Origin: a virus | Length of the DNA: 64,000 bases | Strand: one strand, 5' to 3' | IMG/VR virus record: IMGVR_UViG_3300008952_000005 | Span: 32,001-96,000 of that record | Part shown: positions 47,235 to 55,774 of the stretch, piece after piece | Layout of the letters: each line of letters opens with the position of its first letter | Position numbering within the stretch: position 1 is the stretch's first letter | Translations under genes and position numbers: made by a program | The notes under the pieces: generated by a model | Told to the model about the DNA's origin: nothing | Database searches by the model: none | The model's input: only the letters and a program-made list of their open reading frames with translations

Positions 47235-47858
47235 TTAAGATTTGAGTTCACTAGTTATAATCTCTTTCATTACTAATTTAGCTTTCGTCTTGTTAAATGA
47301 TATAAATGGTTTCATTTTCCGCAATTTTCTGGACATATCAGTCCACACAACTTTTTCCGTAACTTGTTTATCCCAGTCTTTAATAAAACCAAGGACTGAA
47401 TCAAGTATGATGGCGGTTGGGTATGAAACTTTCCGTTGAATAAGTAATCGTAGCATTCGTGGATGTTGCCCATTAACCACCCTAAAGCCATCATCAAAAG
47501 AAATGCCCCTCCTGCTAAAGTCATAAACAATACTATTAATACTGCTTCGTAAACTGTAGTCAAAAGACTCAAAATATTTTCTGTACTGAAGGTAGGTTTT
47601 GTGTCCATTGTCATTTAATAAATTCCCTATCCATTTCTTACTATCGTCAATAAAATTACTTACAAAGAAATCAAGCACTTCACTTGGACTATATCTTGTA
47701 GATAACTTATAGAAGAAGTATCTATCTTTTCTTTTAGTAAATGAATCCAATGTTGCATTTACCTTACCTGTATATTTATGATAGTCATAGGTGTCTGTTG
47801 TAAAATGCAACTTAACACCTAGATATATCTTATATACGTCAAATCCTCCATATGCCAT
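47235..47858 (-). CDS. gp59: Helicase loader gp59
   Basis: FDVYK.YL..KLHFT...YDY.KY.GK......F.KRKD.YFF.KL, F.VSNF. Confidence 0.88.
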   Translation of the reverse strand: MAYGGFDVYKIYLGVKLHFTTDTYDYHKYTGKVNATLDSFTKRKDRYFFYKLSTRYSPSEVLDFFVSNFIDDSKKWIGNLLNDNGHKTYLQYRKYFESFDYSLRSSINSIVYDFSRRGISFDDGFRVVNGQHPRMLRLLIQRKVSYPTAIILDSVLGFIKDWDKQVTEKVVWTDMSRKLRKMKPFISFNKTKAKLVMKEIITSELKS

Positions 47859-47859
47859 A

Positions 47860-48474
47860 CTAATCTATCAAATACTTATAACAAATTGGGAAATGGTCTT
47901 TCATATGTCTTGATAACTGGTGAGTGACCATTCTCGTTTCTGCTTGAGCATTACTCTTACTCCTTAAATTACATACTCTACTAAATGCAAATACACTACC
48001 TGACCATATCCACTCGGTCATCATACATTGAGGTAGTACCATACGTGCCATTTCTGGTGCAATACCTTCCTCTAACATATCATTGTATGTTTCTGTAGCC
48101 ACATTTATTAAATGTGTAATATCATATTCTACTTCTTCATCACTTGAACCTTGTTTAATACTCTTCTCTGGTTTCTTTCTCCACATAAAAGGTATATAAA
48201 ACTCTGGTTTATCTGAAACATATCGTCTACTCACTTCGTTCCAACTTAAACCTACTTGATGTTTAACTAATTGTCTTGCAACAAAGATAGGTGCTTTAAT
48301 TCTAAATGATAGAAAGGCGTGTGCAAATGGTGACCAATGTCCGTGCAATGCCAAATACTTAATTAACTTGTCATCTTTTTCATCAAGTACATCTTTTCTT
48401 TTTGCAAAGGATACTCTAGCAGCATTGACTACTGATAGGTCACTACCTAACTTATCTATAAGTTCTATATCCAT
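47860..48474 (-). CDS. thyX: FAD-dependent thymidylate synthase
   Basis: GSDL.VVNAARVSF, H.SPF.H, APIFVARQ..KH.VG.SWNE.SRRY, APE.ARMVLPQ. Confidence 0.96.
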   Translation of the reverse strand: MDIELIDKLGSDLSVVNAARVSFAKRKDVLDEKDDKLIKYLALHGHWSPFAHAFLSFRIKAPIFVARQLVKHQVGLSWNEVSRRYVSDKPEFYIPFMWRKKPEKSIKQGSSDEEVEYDITHLINVATETYNDMLEEGIAPEMARMVLPQCMMTEWIWSGSVFAFSRVCNLRSKSNAQAETRMVTHQLSRHMKDHFPICYKYLID

Positions 48475-48662
48475 TAAAATAACTTCCCTAGTTTATATAC
48501 ACCCCATAATGCCATAAAGACAAATAATGCACTTAACATCCCACCTTCAAACAAAGCAACTAATGTAACTGTTGCCCACAATGCATAGAACACTAAAGAT
48601 TTCCAGTTCATAAAGAACCAAACTAATGCTAATCCAATTACTTTTAAATATTCTTTTATCAT
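48474..48662 (-). CDS. Small membrane protein
   Basis: Highly hydrophobic 62 aa, TAATG coupling. Confidence 0.6.
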   Translation of the reverse strand: MIKEYLKVIGLALVWFFMNWKSLVFYALWATVTLVALFEGGMLSALFVFMALWGVYKLGKLF

Positions 48663-48877
48663 TACGGTAATACTCCAGGTTTACCACCTTTTAATAAGTT
48701 TAACTGTTGTGATTGATGTTGTATTTTTTCTTTGAGTTGTTTTGTAATTAGACGTGCTGTAGTTTCAACTTCAATAGTATTTTCTTCACAATATTTAACA
48801 ATAGCATCCACATATAACATATCTTTATGCTTCTTTACTATGTCCTCTATGATTAAAGAAAATTCTTTTGAGTTCAT
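48662..48877 (-). CDS. gp33: Late-promoter transcription coactivator gp33
   Basis: FS..IE.IV......Y.DAI..YCEEN.IE.E....LI...LKEKI. Confidence 0.85.
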   Translation of the reverse strand: MNSKEFSLIIEDIVKKHKDMLYVDAIVKYCEENTIEVETTARLITKQLKEKIQHQSQQLNLLKGGKPGVLP

Positions 48878-48883
48878 TTTATT

Positions 48884-48912
48884 ACTATAACATATTTATT
48901 AGCAAATGTAAA
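48884..48912 (-). promoter_or_regulatory. Sigma70-type promoter
   Basis: TTTACA-17 bp-TATAGT upstream of gp33. Confidence 0.6.
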
Positions 48913-48913
48913 G

Positions 48914-49165
48914 TGTGTAGTTTCTGTTGCCACGTACTACACAACGCCGTTTGCCTATTAACTAGGCAGCAAGAGCATAACTTTCGTTAGCTTTTATGTG
49001 TTTGTCCTTTAAAGTAGCAACCTACTATCTAACTCCAGTTAGTTTTGATTGTGAATCGATTCCATATCATCCCCCATAAGCACACTTGAAATCAATGTGT
49101 TTATGGTGGAGATGTTGGGAATTGAACCCAAGTGTTCTCCAACTATTATCTAACCTTCAACGTCA
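48914..49165 (-). ncRNA. ssrA: Two-piece (circularly permuted) tmRNA
   Basis: Acceptor piece with T-arm TTGGG-TTCAATT-CCCAA and CATCTCCACCA (3' end 49104); 29-nt spacer; coding piece starting GGGGATG at 49074 (7-bp acceptor stem with G3:U70); tag frame 48991-48962 ANESYALAA*; closing hairpin 48914-48943. Confidence 0.93.
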
Positions 49166-49171
49166 AATTCA

Positions 49172-49567
49172 TTATAAACTTATTCCTTGTTTGTTTGGCA
49201 TAAACTTTAAATCAAATGACTTGTATAACATACAAGATTCCATTCCATTCATTGTTGACATAACTACAAGTGATATTGTATATGTAGGGTCAACATAATA
49301 ACTTACTATAAAAACTGGTTCACCATCTGGTCTAGCACTATCTCTACCAACAGAAACATTAACCAAAGTCATTTCGTTCTTTTCTATATATGCAAGTACA
49401 CTTTCACTAGTTCCACATATAACAGGCATTTGTAACCAATATAATTGTCCTTGCAAATTATCTTGTGGCATTTCAGGCAATGGTGATGTTTCCTGCTCCG
49501 CCATAGCAAGTGTGCTCATAGTTATGAGTACTGCTCCAAATATTATTGATTTTAACCTTTTTAACAT
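49172..49567 (-). CDS. Exported hypothetical protein
   Basis: Signal peptide, PVICG...C motif. Confidence 0.65.
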   Translation of the reverse strand: MLKRLKSIIFGAVLITMSTLAMAEQETSPLPEMPQDNLQGQLYWLQMPVICGTSESVLAYIEKNEMTLVNVSVGRDSARPDGEPVFIVSYYVDPTYTISLVVMSTMNGMESCMLYKSFDLKFMPNKQGISL

Positions 49568-49602
49568 AAGTGACCTCTCGTGGATAATCTCTAGCCACTT
49601 TG

Positions 49603-50301
49603 TTAATGATTTTGCTTGATTTTATCTTTGTTTAGTTCTTCATAGTATTTATAAAAATACTGTATAGATTTTTCTAGTTTTGGCTCAAATATTTTTTTAT
49701 CTTTGACAAAAGAACGCATTGTGCCGTCTTCACCTGCCATTAGTATAACTAATTGTTCTATGCGTTTGCCAAATAGCTCTTCATACATAATTGCATAGGC
49801 AGTTGTTTGGACAAAATAGTTTTCTATCCAATCTTCTTTACGTTCCTTATTTGCTGTCTTGAAATCTATTACTGATAACTTACCATTGTACTCAGCAACA
49901 CAATCAACTTGACCTGCAATGGTCAATTTATGACTGTACATAATTTCTTCTAGTAAATGTATGTTATTAATTTGTGCTAAATATGGCAACATCAATCTAA
50001 ACATACCTAATGGCAACACATCACGAATACTTGGAGTTTCACCTCTTAAATATTGTTCAACAAGTGTATGAGTTGCTTTGCCTCTACGTGCCGCTCTACC
50101 CATTTCCCAATTGGCTGCTTCTTCACCAACTGCTTTTCTCCACTTATCTAATCCTTCTTTTTTCTGTACACCTAAAACTGTAGTGATAGATGGATAGTTC
50201 TTACCATCAATATCATAGAAACGGAAACCGTTTATACGTCTACCTTTTGTTTTTGGAAGTTTTGTCTTATCAATATTAATCCAAGTAAATTTATCTGCCA
50301 T
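49603..50301 (-). CDS. PD-(D/E)XK exonuclease (Cas4/RecB-like)
   Basis: YPSITTVL, RG...H...E.YL, AG.VDC.AEY.GKLS.IDFKT, Q..AYA.M..E. Confidence 0.88.
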   Translation of the reverse strand: MADKFTWINIDKTKLPKTKGRRINGFRFYDIDGKNYPSITTVLGVQKKEGLDKWRKAVGEEAANWEMGRAARRGKATHTLVEQYLRGETPSIRDVLPLGMFRLMLPYLAQINNIHLLEEIMYSHKLTIAGQVDCVAEYNGKLSVIDFKTANKERKEDWIENYFVQTTAYAIMYEELFGKRIEQLVILMAGEDGTMRSFVKDKKIFEPKLEKSIQYFYKYYEELNKDKIKQNH

Positions 50302-50453
50302 TATTTGTTCCTCAATTTCTTTCTTAATACACTAATTCGGTGTTTGATTCCATCTATTGTTGTGTACATCCATCCACAATCGTGTGGTTCAATTTGAGTT
50401 CTGAACCACTTGATTGTATCTTTTAATACTTCAATCTGTTTTTTTATACTCAT
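50301..50453 (-). CDS. Small hypothetical protein (50 aa, not in ORF track)
   Basis: MSIKKQIEVLKDTIKWFRTQIEPHDCGWMYTTID...; TAATG coupling. Confidence 0.6.
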   Translation of the reverse strand: MSIKKQIEVLKDTIKWFRTQIEPHDCGWMYTTIDGIKHRISVLRKKLRNK

Positions 50454-50459
50454 AATCAT

Positions 50460-50488
50460 ATAATAACATTATATTGCCAATTTGTCAA
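50460..50488 (-). promoter_or_regulatory. Sigma70-type promoter
   Basis: TTGACA-17 bp-TATTAT with TGn. Confidence 0.7.
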
Positions 50489-50572
50489 TGCTTATTACGT
50501 ACCCTTTTGAGCGTACATATCAATGATTTTATTACGTTCATTGACCCTATCATTATCAATAATTTTAACCTC

Positions 50573-51043
50573 TCAACTAGGGTCGTATGGCTCATATATC
50601 GTCTTACCATCACTATTTCTATATGCTCTTAATATCTGCTTTCTATTGTCTTCAGCATTCTTATATGAGCAATGGATCCAACCGCTATTCGGTTCATCCA
50701 CATTGTGGTACTCTAATATCAACTGGTCAAAATCTAAATTGTCAATGATGTATTTTGCTAGTTCAGCATTTGGTAACCCAAATATTTCAAAATCAGCGGC
50801 TTGCCCTTTGGCGTGCTGTGATTTTAAACTTGAACCTATCTTAACACATAACTCTGGTGAACGGTACCCACTTGATACTGATACTACTTTACCATAATGT
50901 GTTCTAATAGGTTGTAGTATATTCTCACACAATTCTTTTAAATTATCTTGGTGGTCTTCACTAGGATTATTACTAATGCCGTGTCTTTCAGCGGTTTGGC
51001 TTTTAACCATCTCCGATAATGAAAAGTTTTCTGTTAATCTCAT
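50573..51043 (-). CDS. Peptidase M15A (Zn D-Ala-D-Ala peptidase; probable endolysin)
   Basis: L..NFSL.EM..S.TA, VSSGYRS..L, SQH..GQAAD, WIH.S. Confidence 0.88.
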   Translation of the reverse strand: MRLTENFSLSEMVKSQTAERHGISNNPSEDHQDNLKELCENILQPIRTHYGKVVSVSSGYRSPELCVKIGSSLKSQHAKGQAADFEIFGLPNAELAKYIIDNLDFDQLILEYHNVDEPNSGWIHCSYKNAEDNRKQILRAYRNSDGKTIYEPYDPS

Positions 51044-51046
51044 CTA

Positions 51047-51439
51047 TTATCCTCTTGTTAACTTTAATAGTTTCTCTATTTGACCTTTTATAATTGGACC
51101 CCTATTCGGCCAATGTATATAAGGTTCATCACTCTTTTGTAAATTATATAAAAACGGTAACACAATCTTTTCAATGTCTTTAAACCTTGCTTTAGTTTCT
51201 TCATCACTAATCTCTTTTGTTATCGTTTCTTTATCGTTCACTATTTGCATAATTTCGTTCATCATACTTTTAATAGTAGAAACATCTGACTTAACTTTAG
51301 ATAGTTCTATGTTTGTACCTTCTACTACTTTAGGATCAATGCTTGGTGTGTCTGATGGTTTAGATGATACTGGAGTAAAACCCCAATCGTTATCTAAATC
51401 AAATCCACGCATAAAATCAGGTATATCTTTGTCTGCCAT
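51047..51439 (-). CDS. Hypothetical protein
   Basis: 130-aa ORF, D.GF..V and YI.WPNR motifs. Confidence 0.7.
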   Translation of the reverse strand: MADKDIPDFMRGFDLDNDWGFTPVSSKPSDTPSIDPKVVEGTNIELSKVKSDVSTIKSMMNEIMQIVNDKETITKEISDEETKARFKDIEKIVLPFLYNLQKSDEPYIHWPNRGPIIKGQIEKLLKLTRG

Positions 51440-51762
51440 TAATCTGGTACTCCGTGTTCTTTTTTGTTTATTAGTCTATGTTTAGCTCTTATTTGTTCTG
51501 TTTTAATTTCTTTTATGCCTCTACGTCTATGGTGTTTTGCAAAATTACTATTTGGGTGTGCTTCTGCAATCTTGCTATAAACATCTTTGAATCCTTGGTC
51601 GGTCTTATGAGTTATCCCTTGAACACCAGATACTATATTTAGGGGAAATAAGACTTGTCTAACGTGTGGGTTCTTCTCTAACAGTTCTTCCATTTCTGCA
51701 ATCATCATAAAGTCTACCCATTGTTTACCTGTCTTCGTATTTTCAAACGTATATCTAGGCAT
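51439..51762 (-). CDS. Conserved T4-like hypothetical protein (FmdB-like N-terminus)
   Basis: MPRYTF.N..TG......M...E.E..L..NP; likely start 51762. Confidence 0.65.
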   Translation of the reverse strand: MPRYTFENTKTGKQWVDFMMIAEMEELLEKNPHVRQVLFPLNIVSGVQGITHKTDQGFKDVYSKIAEAHPNSNFAKHHRRRGIKEIKTEQIRAKHRLINKKEHGVPD

Positions 51763-51898
51763 TGAGATATCTCTTCTTGTACCATTTATAAAAAGGTTTG
51801 TCAGAAAAGTACTCAAATACTGCCGAGGCAGGTACTTGGTCACTTCTGATACAATCAGCGATATCTTGATATTCAGTTTTCTTAATTTTTAATTTCAT
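51755..51898 (-). CDS. Small hypothetical protein (47 aa, not in ORF track)
   Basis: MKLKIKKTEYQDIADCIRSDQVPAS..FEYF. Confidence 0.55.
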   Translation of the reverse strand: MKLKIKKTEYQDIADCIRSDQVPASAVFEYFSDKPFYKWYKKRYLNA

Positions 51899-52076
51899 AT
51901 TTCTTTTTTAGTTTGTTATAGTCTGACTCACTACTTATTCCGAATTCATCATCTGCTGCCCCAAAATTATAATACTTCTTTATCATAGGAGCAATCGTAC
52001 CTTTTTGACGACCTCCTTTATTTCTATGTATACGTCTAGGAGTTCTATTACTAGACATATTTTTTTTAGATGTCAT
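51882..52076 (-). CDS. Small basic hypothetical protein
   Basis: 64-aa ORF in a run of overlapping small genes. Confidence 0.5.
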   Translation of the reverse strand: MTSKKNMSSNRTPRRIHRNKGGRQKGTIAPMIKKYYNFGAADDEFGISSESDYNKLKKKYEIKN

Positions 52077-52260
52077 TTAGAGTTTCAATAATCTCTTTAT
52101 TATCTGCTATGACTTTTAATTCTTTAACAACTGTATCAACTGAATCCATATGCGTTGCAACACCAACTGGATTATTTAAAAATATATCCACGTTTGTCTT
52201 TGCTTTTGCAATATTACCTTCAGCGTGTTGTCTAATTGCGTCTACTATTTTTTGTTTCAT
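52066..52260 (-). CDS. Small hypothetical protein
   Basis: H.EG.I.KAK.N...FL.NPVGV..H motif. Confidence 0.65.
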   Translation of the reverse strand: MKQKIVDAIRQHAEGNIAKAKTNVDIFLNNPVGVATHMDSVDTVVKELKVIADNKEIIETLNDI

Positions 52261-52460
52261 TAATGATATGTCACCTTTTCTGTTTTATATTTACTTCTTA
52301 ACTTCTTCCACACTCCGTGCCAAAAGTTCTTTGACCAGTCTGTTACTGACCTGTCTAATGCTTTTTCTGCTTGTTTAATCATCCTATCAGCACATCTAGG
52401 GCAAGCGTATAAATGTGTATTCATAAGTACCATAATATCACTTTTTTTCATTATTGTCAA
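52260..52460 (-). CDS. Small hypothetical protein (CxxC)
   Basis: CPRC, W.KNFW. Confidence 0.55.
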   Translation of the reverse strand: MTIMKKSDIMVLMNTHLYACPRCADRMIKQAEKALDRSVTDWSKNFWHGVWKKLRSKYKTEKVTYH

Positions 52461-52746
52461 TGCTTGTATTAGTTGGTGGATGTATTTTTACATCTTTACA
52501 AATATACTCTATACCTTCTTTTAATGCTCTACTAACTTTACACTCATAACCAGTTATACGTGATAACACAAAATCGTTAGTTGTTGGTAAATCAGCTAAA
52601 CTTAATGTAAAATCTGCACCTGTCTTTATTACAGACATAACTTTATATTCAGAATATGTACCAGCACTTGTTGCTAAAAACGCTGGTGCTGTTGCTCCAC
52701 ACGCATTTAAAAGTAATAGTGATAATAGTATTGCTATCTTTTTCAT
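52438..52746 (-). CDS. Small lipoprotein
   Basis: Lipobox LLLNAC; two further Cys. Confidence 0.65.
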   Translation of the reverse strand: MKKIAILLSLLLLNACGATAPAFLATSAGTYSEYKVMSVIKTGADFTLSLADLPTTNDFVLSRITGYECKVSRALKEGIEYICKDVKIHPPTNTSIDNNEKK

Positions 52747-53801
52747 TTCTTAACTCCCGATTCTAAATAAGGTTTTTCCTTTGGTTCATTCCATTCCATT
52801 ATCTGGTCTAGTTTGATTCTTATCTCATCTGGATCTAAACCTAATTTCATTAACTCTTCTGTACCCATACTCTTAAAAAAATCTTCATAATCTCTATTCT
52901 TTAAATCTCTCTTACCTAATTTACTAAAAAATGTTTTATAAAATCTTTGCTTATCTCGGAGACCTTGCGATATAGTTTTCGCTCTAGTCGCCTCCCTTTG
53001 CCAATTAATCTCTTTTTCTTTCTTCTTATTCTTCGCTTCATTTGCTAATTTTCTTTCCCTTATTGATATGTTAGCAGCAATCAATAACAATACTGCTAAT
53101 GGGTCAAATACAAATATTAATACAATAATAATCCATCTAACTGCCTCGTCAAAATGGTCTTTTGCGTCATCACCATATATCAGTTCTGCAACATATTTAA
53201 GTGGACCAACATCTGCTTCTATCTTTAGTTGGTCTAGTTCTATATTACCTTTCTTTAATGTCAATTGTGCAATCTTATCCATTGCAACTCTTATTTCATT
53301 ATTTAAAAAATCTCTTTCTTCTTTCTGCTTTTTTCTTTCTTTAAGACCTCTACTAACATATTCTTTATCTAGGTAAACCTCTAATGCTTTGTCTAATAGG
53401 TTTAAAGTTTTTTCTGCTCTATCTATAACAACGTTTTCTTGTAAAATCTGCCTATCTATTAATGCTATGTGTACTGTATTATCACTACTAGGTCTTACTT
53501 GGTCTAGGTGTGCCTTGGATAAGAACCCAAAAATACCCATACTAGTTACAAATACTAATACAATAACAGACGTTGTTAAATATGCTCTTATTGTATGTGG
53601 GAGATTTACATTTCTCCAATTATGATATAACCAACTGGCGGCAACTAACTTACCAACTTCTAATGAAGTACCCATAGCAATAATTGCTATCTTCGCACCT
53701 GCAAATAGAGTTGCCAGTCCTATAATACTATAAGCGGCAGCAATACCTGATATAGATATAGCACTAAAAAGTACTATGAATATAAAAAGTAAACTTCTCA
53801 T
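52743..53801 (-). CDS. Multi-TM coiled-coil membrane protein
   Basis: SAI.IS..AA.YSI.GL..LFAG, LE.GKLV.ASW, GIFGFLSKAH, EA.VGP.KY.AE, FDPLAV.LL. Confidence 0.75.
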   Translation of the reverse strand: MRSLLFIFIVLFSAISISGIAAAYSIIGLATLFAGAKIAIIAMGTSLEVGKLVAASWLYHNWRNVNLPHTIRAYLTTSVIVLVFVTSMGIFGFLSKAHLDQVRPSSDNTVHIALIDRQILQENVVIDRAEKTLNLLDKALEVYLDKEYVSRGLKERKKQKEERDFLNNEIRVAMDKIAQLTLKKGNIELDQLKIEADVGPLKYVAELIYGDDAKDHFDEAVRWIIIVLIFVFDPLAVLLLIAANISIRERKLANEAKNKKKEKEINWQREATRAKTISQGLRDKQRFYKTFFSKLGKRDLKNRDYEDFFKSMGTEELMKLGLDPDEIRIKLDQIMEWNEPKEKPYLESGVKK

Positions 53802-53806
53802 TTAAA

Positions 53807-54487
53807 CTACTCCTTTAACACTTGAGCAATTTTTGTCATCATATTGATAACTCTTTTATCATAATTTTCAGTAGTTGAAAACTTATCTAACGTAGCAATC
53901 AACTGTACTGAATCTAACAGTTCACCTTTTTCTAATAGTTTTGCTCTTAATGCTCTAAACTCTTTGTATGCTGGGTGTTCATTTAATATTCTTATATATT
54001 CTTGAACACTATTACACTTCGTTTTAAAAACTCTTACTCGCCAAGGTGTGTCTTCACTCATACCAATAGGTAATAAACCTTTATCTTTATTCCAAGTCTT
54101 AATTCCAAATAAGTTATTTGCTTCTATACCAAATCTACTTGTACCCCAACCACTCTCTAAAGCGGCTTGTGCTGTCACCATTTGAATTGGTACTCTTTTA
54201 TCTGGTGGAGTTTTCCAATTTAAATAATCAACACACTTGTTTACTTCTATTATAAATTCTTTTTTATTTGTATATTCAAAACTAGGTTCGTGTAGTCCTA
54301 AATTTTCTGCCCAAATGGCGTGTTGTATTCTAGTTTCTTCCGTTGCTTTCTTAACTGCAATTGGATTTGGTGTAAATGTTCCCCAACCATATGCTAATGA
54401 AGATACAAAAACAACTACTAAAATTGCTTTAATCCACCAATATGTTTTTCTGAAAGCACCTGAATATTTTTTTAAGTTCAGTTTCAT
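53807..54487 (-). CDS. Glucosaminidase (GH73/Bax-like) with N-terminal TM
   Basis: AQAALESGWGTSRF...NNLFGI, Y...LN.H.AY..FR. Confidence 0.85.
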   Translation of the reverse strand: MKLNLKKYSGAFRKTYWWIKAILVVVFVSSLAYGWGTFTPNPIAVKKATEETRIQHAIWAENLGLHEPSFEYTNKKEFIIEVNKCVDYLNWKTPPDKRVPIQMVTAQAALESGWGTSRFGIEANNLFGIKTWNKDKGLLPIGMSEDTPWRVRVFKTKCNSVQEYIRILNEHPAYKEFRALRAKLLEKGELLDSVQLIATLDKFSTTENYDKRVINMMTKIAQVLKE

Positions 54488-54768
54488 TAAAACCTCGCTA
54501 TCTGGTATTCATAACCACCAATTGATGGTGCATTTTTCTTTTGGACAAAACTTATCTTGTTCTGAAATTGTGCCATACGTTTAAATATCTTTTCTGCTTG
54601 TAGTTCAGTAAAGTTATCATATATGTCTTTTGACCAATCTCCAGTATAATAAGTCATAGAGAATTCACCGTTTTCATCATCTATAAACTGTTGTATTTTA
54701 TCTGGAACTTTTAATATTATTCTCTTTAAATAATAGTCTAGTTCCTTTGTCTTTCTCACTTCTGCCAT
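54487..54768 (-). CDS. Hypothetical protein
   Basis: 93-aa ORF, TAATG coupling. Confidence 0.65.
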   Translation of the reverse strand: MAEVRKTKELDYYLKRIILKVPDKIQQFIDDENGEFSMTYYTGDWSKDIYDNFTELQAEKIFKRMAQFQNKISFVQKKNAPSIGGYEYQIARF

Positions 54769-54786
54769 AATATATCCTTTTTTTAT

Positions 54787-55209
54787 TTATATATCTAATC
54801 CGACTGCTTTTAGTTTTGGTCTAAAACTAAAAAATGTATCGTTGTGATTTCCTGTATCACCTAAATTTACCATTTGATACAGATGGATCATTTCGTGTGC
54901 CAACGTATCAACAAATTCTTTTTTATTACTATAAAACTTTAACATTTCTAATACAAAGTTTCTAGTTCCTTTACCTATCTTATCATTTATTACAACTTGT
55001 CCTATGTAATTTCTTGGTCTATGTACCAACTCAATATCATTAAAGGGAGATAACTTATTATCAAACACGTGTTCATTAATAAGTTTAAAATACTTTTTGA
55101 TATCCTTATATGTAGTTTTATATTTTAACATCTTCACAGCAGAAAGTTCCTTCTTTAACTTTCTTTTGATTTTCTGCCTTTTTGTAACTGTTTTTGTTCT
55201 TTTAGCCAT
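54787..55209 (-). CDS. SprT-like Zn metalloprotease
   Basis: TLAHEMIHLYQ (HExxH)...H...F. Confidence 0.8.
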   Translation of the reverse strand: MAKRTKTVTKRQKIKRKLKKELSAVKMLKYKTTYKDIKKYFKLINEHVFDNKLSPFNDIELVHRPRNYIGQVVINDKIGKGTRNFVLEMLKFYSNKKEFVDTLAHEMIHLYQMVNLGDTGNHNDTFFSFRPKLKAVGLDI

Positions 55210-55352
55210 TCTCTTTTTCTTTTTCTATCCCCTAATTCTAAAATAACAAATAAAATCATACTCCCAAGAATTACTATTACTAATTCTCTAGGAATATATT
55301 GATATATCCAATGTAAAACGTTAACTATATTTTCAATTACACTCATAGTCAC
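55155..55352 (-). CDS. Small membrane protein
   Basis: One TM helix. Confidence 0.5.
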   Translation of the reverse strand: MTMSVIENIVNVLHWIYQYIPRELVIVILGSMILFVILELGDRKRKREWLKEQKQLQKGRKSKES

Positions 55353-55662
55353 TATTCTTTAGAAGAGCACATTTAAACTCCTCATCATTTTTTTGTCTGA
55401 TTTCACTAGCAAGACTATCTAGTATATTTGGTAGGTGTTCTTGTATAACGCCACTAAACTCATTTATCATAGCGTATACTATCCTATGTAGTTCTGCCTC
55501 CATTAAAGCAGTAGTATCTACACCGTTGCCGTCAAGGTTTTCCTTGATAACGTGTGCTATAACTGCTTTATTATAATCATTTGCATTAGCAATATTGGAT
55601 AAACTAGTAAGTCCAAACCATATTACTAAATTCAATAGTATAATAAACATCACTTTTTTCAT
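55333..55662 (-). CDS. Exported hypothetical protein
   Basis: Signal peptide ending ANA; follows an early promoter. Confidence 0.65.
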   Translation of the reverse strand: MKKVMFIILLNLVIWFGLTSLSNIANANDYNKAVIAHVIKENLDGNGVDTTALMEAELHRIVYAMINEFSGVIQEHLPNILDSLASEIRQKNDEEFKCALLKNSDYECN

Positions 55663-55703
55663 AATATATTCTCTCTTTCTATATTTATTGTTTATATGTA
55701 TCT

Positions 55704-55732
55704 ATTATACACAAAAACATATGGAAAGTCAA
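55704..55732 (-). promoter_or_regulatory. Sigma70-type promoter
   Basis: TTGACT-17 bp-TATAAT. Confidence 0.85.
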
Positions 55733-55774
55733 GCACTTAAAATCAAGTAAAACCAAGTCTTTTTGACTATTGTT

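Noticed and set aside
49104-49140. Possible tRNA gene
   Set aside because: Only the T-arm and 3' acceptor strand are present; the 5' strand lies downstream and is followed by a tag frame, so it is a permuted tmRNA
49086-49298. + strand 70-aa ORF (MKSMCLWWRCWELNPSV...)
   Set aside because: It is the antisense shadow of the tmRNA T-arm/acceptor; the WRCWELNP pattern is the typical reverse-read tRNA-like sequence
49603-50301. Cas4 as evidence of a CRISPR system
   Set aside because: A stand-alone PD-(D/E)XK exonuclease typical of T4-like phages; no array or other cas genes
50573-50575. Genome-wide TGA reassignment
   Set aside because: TGA acts as a normal stop in ATGA overlaps (e.g. rplL), and core genes are intact under the standard code
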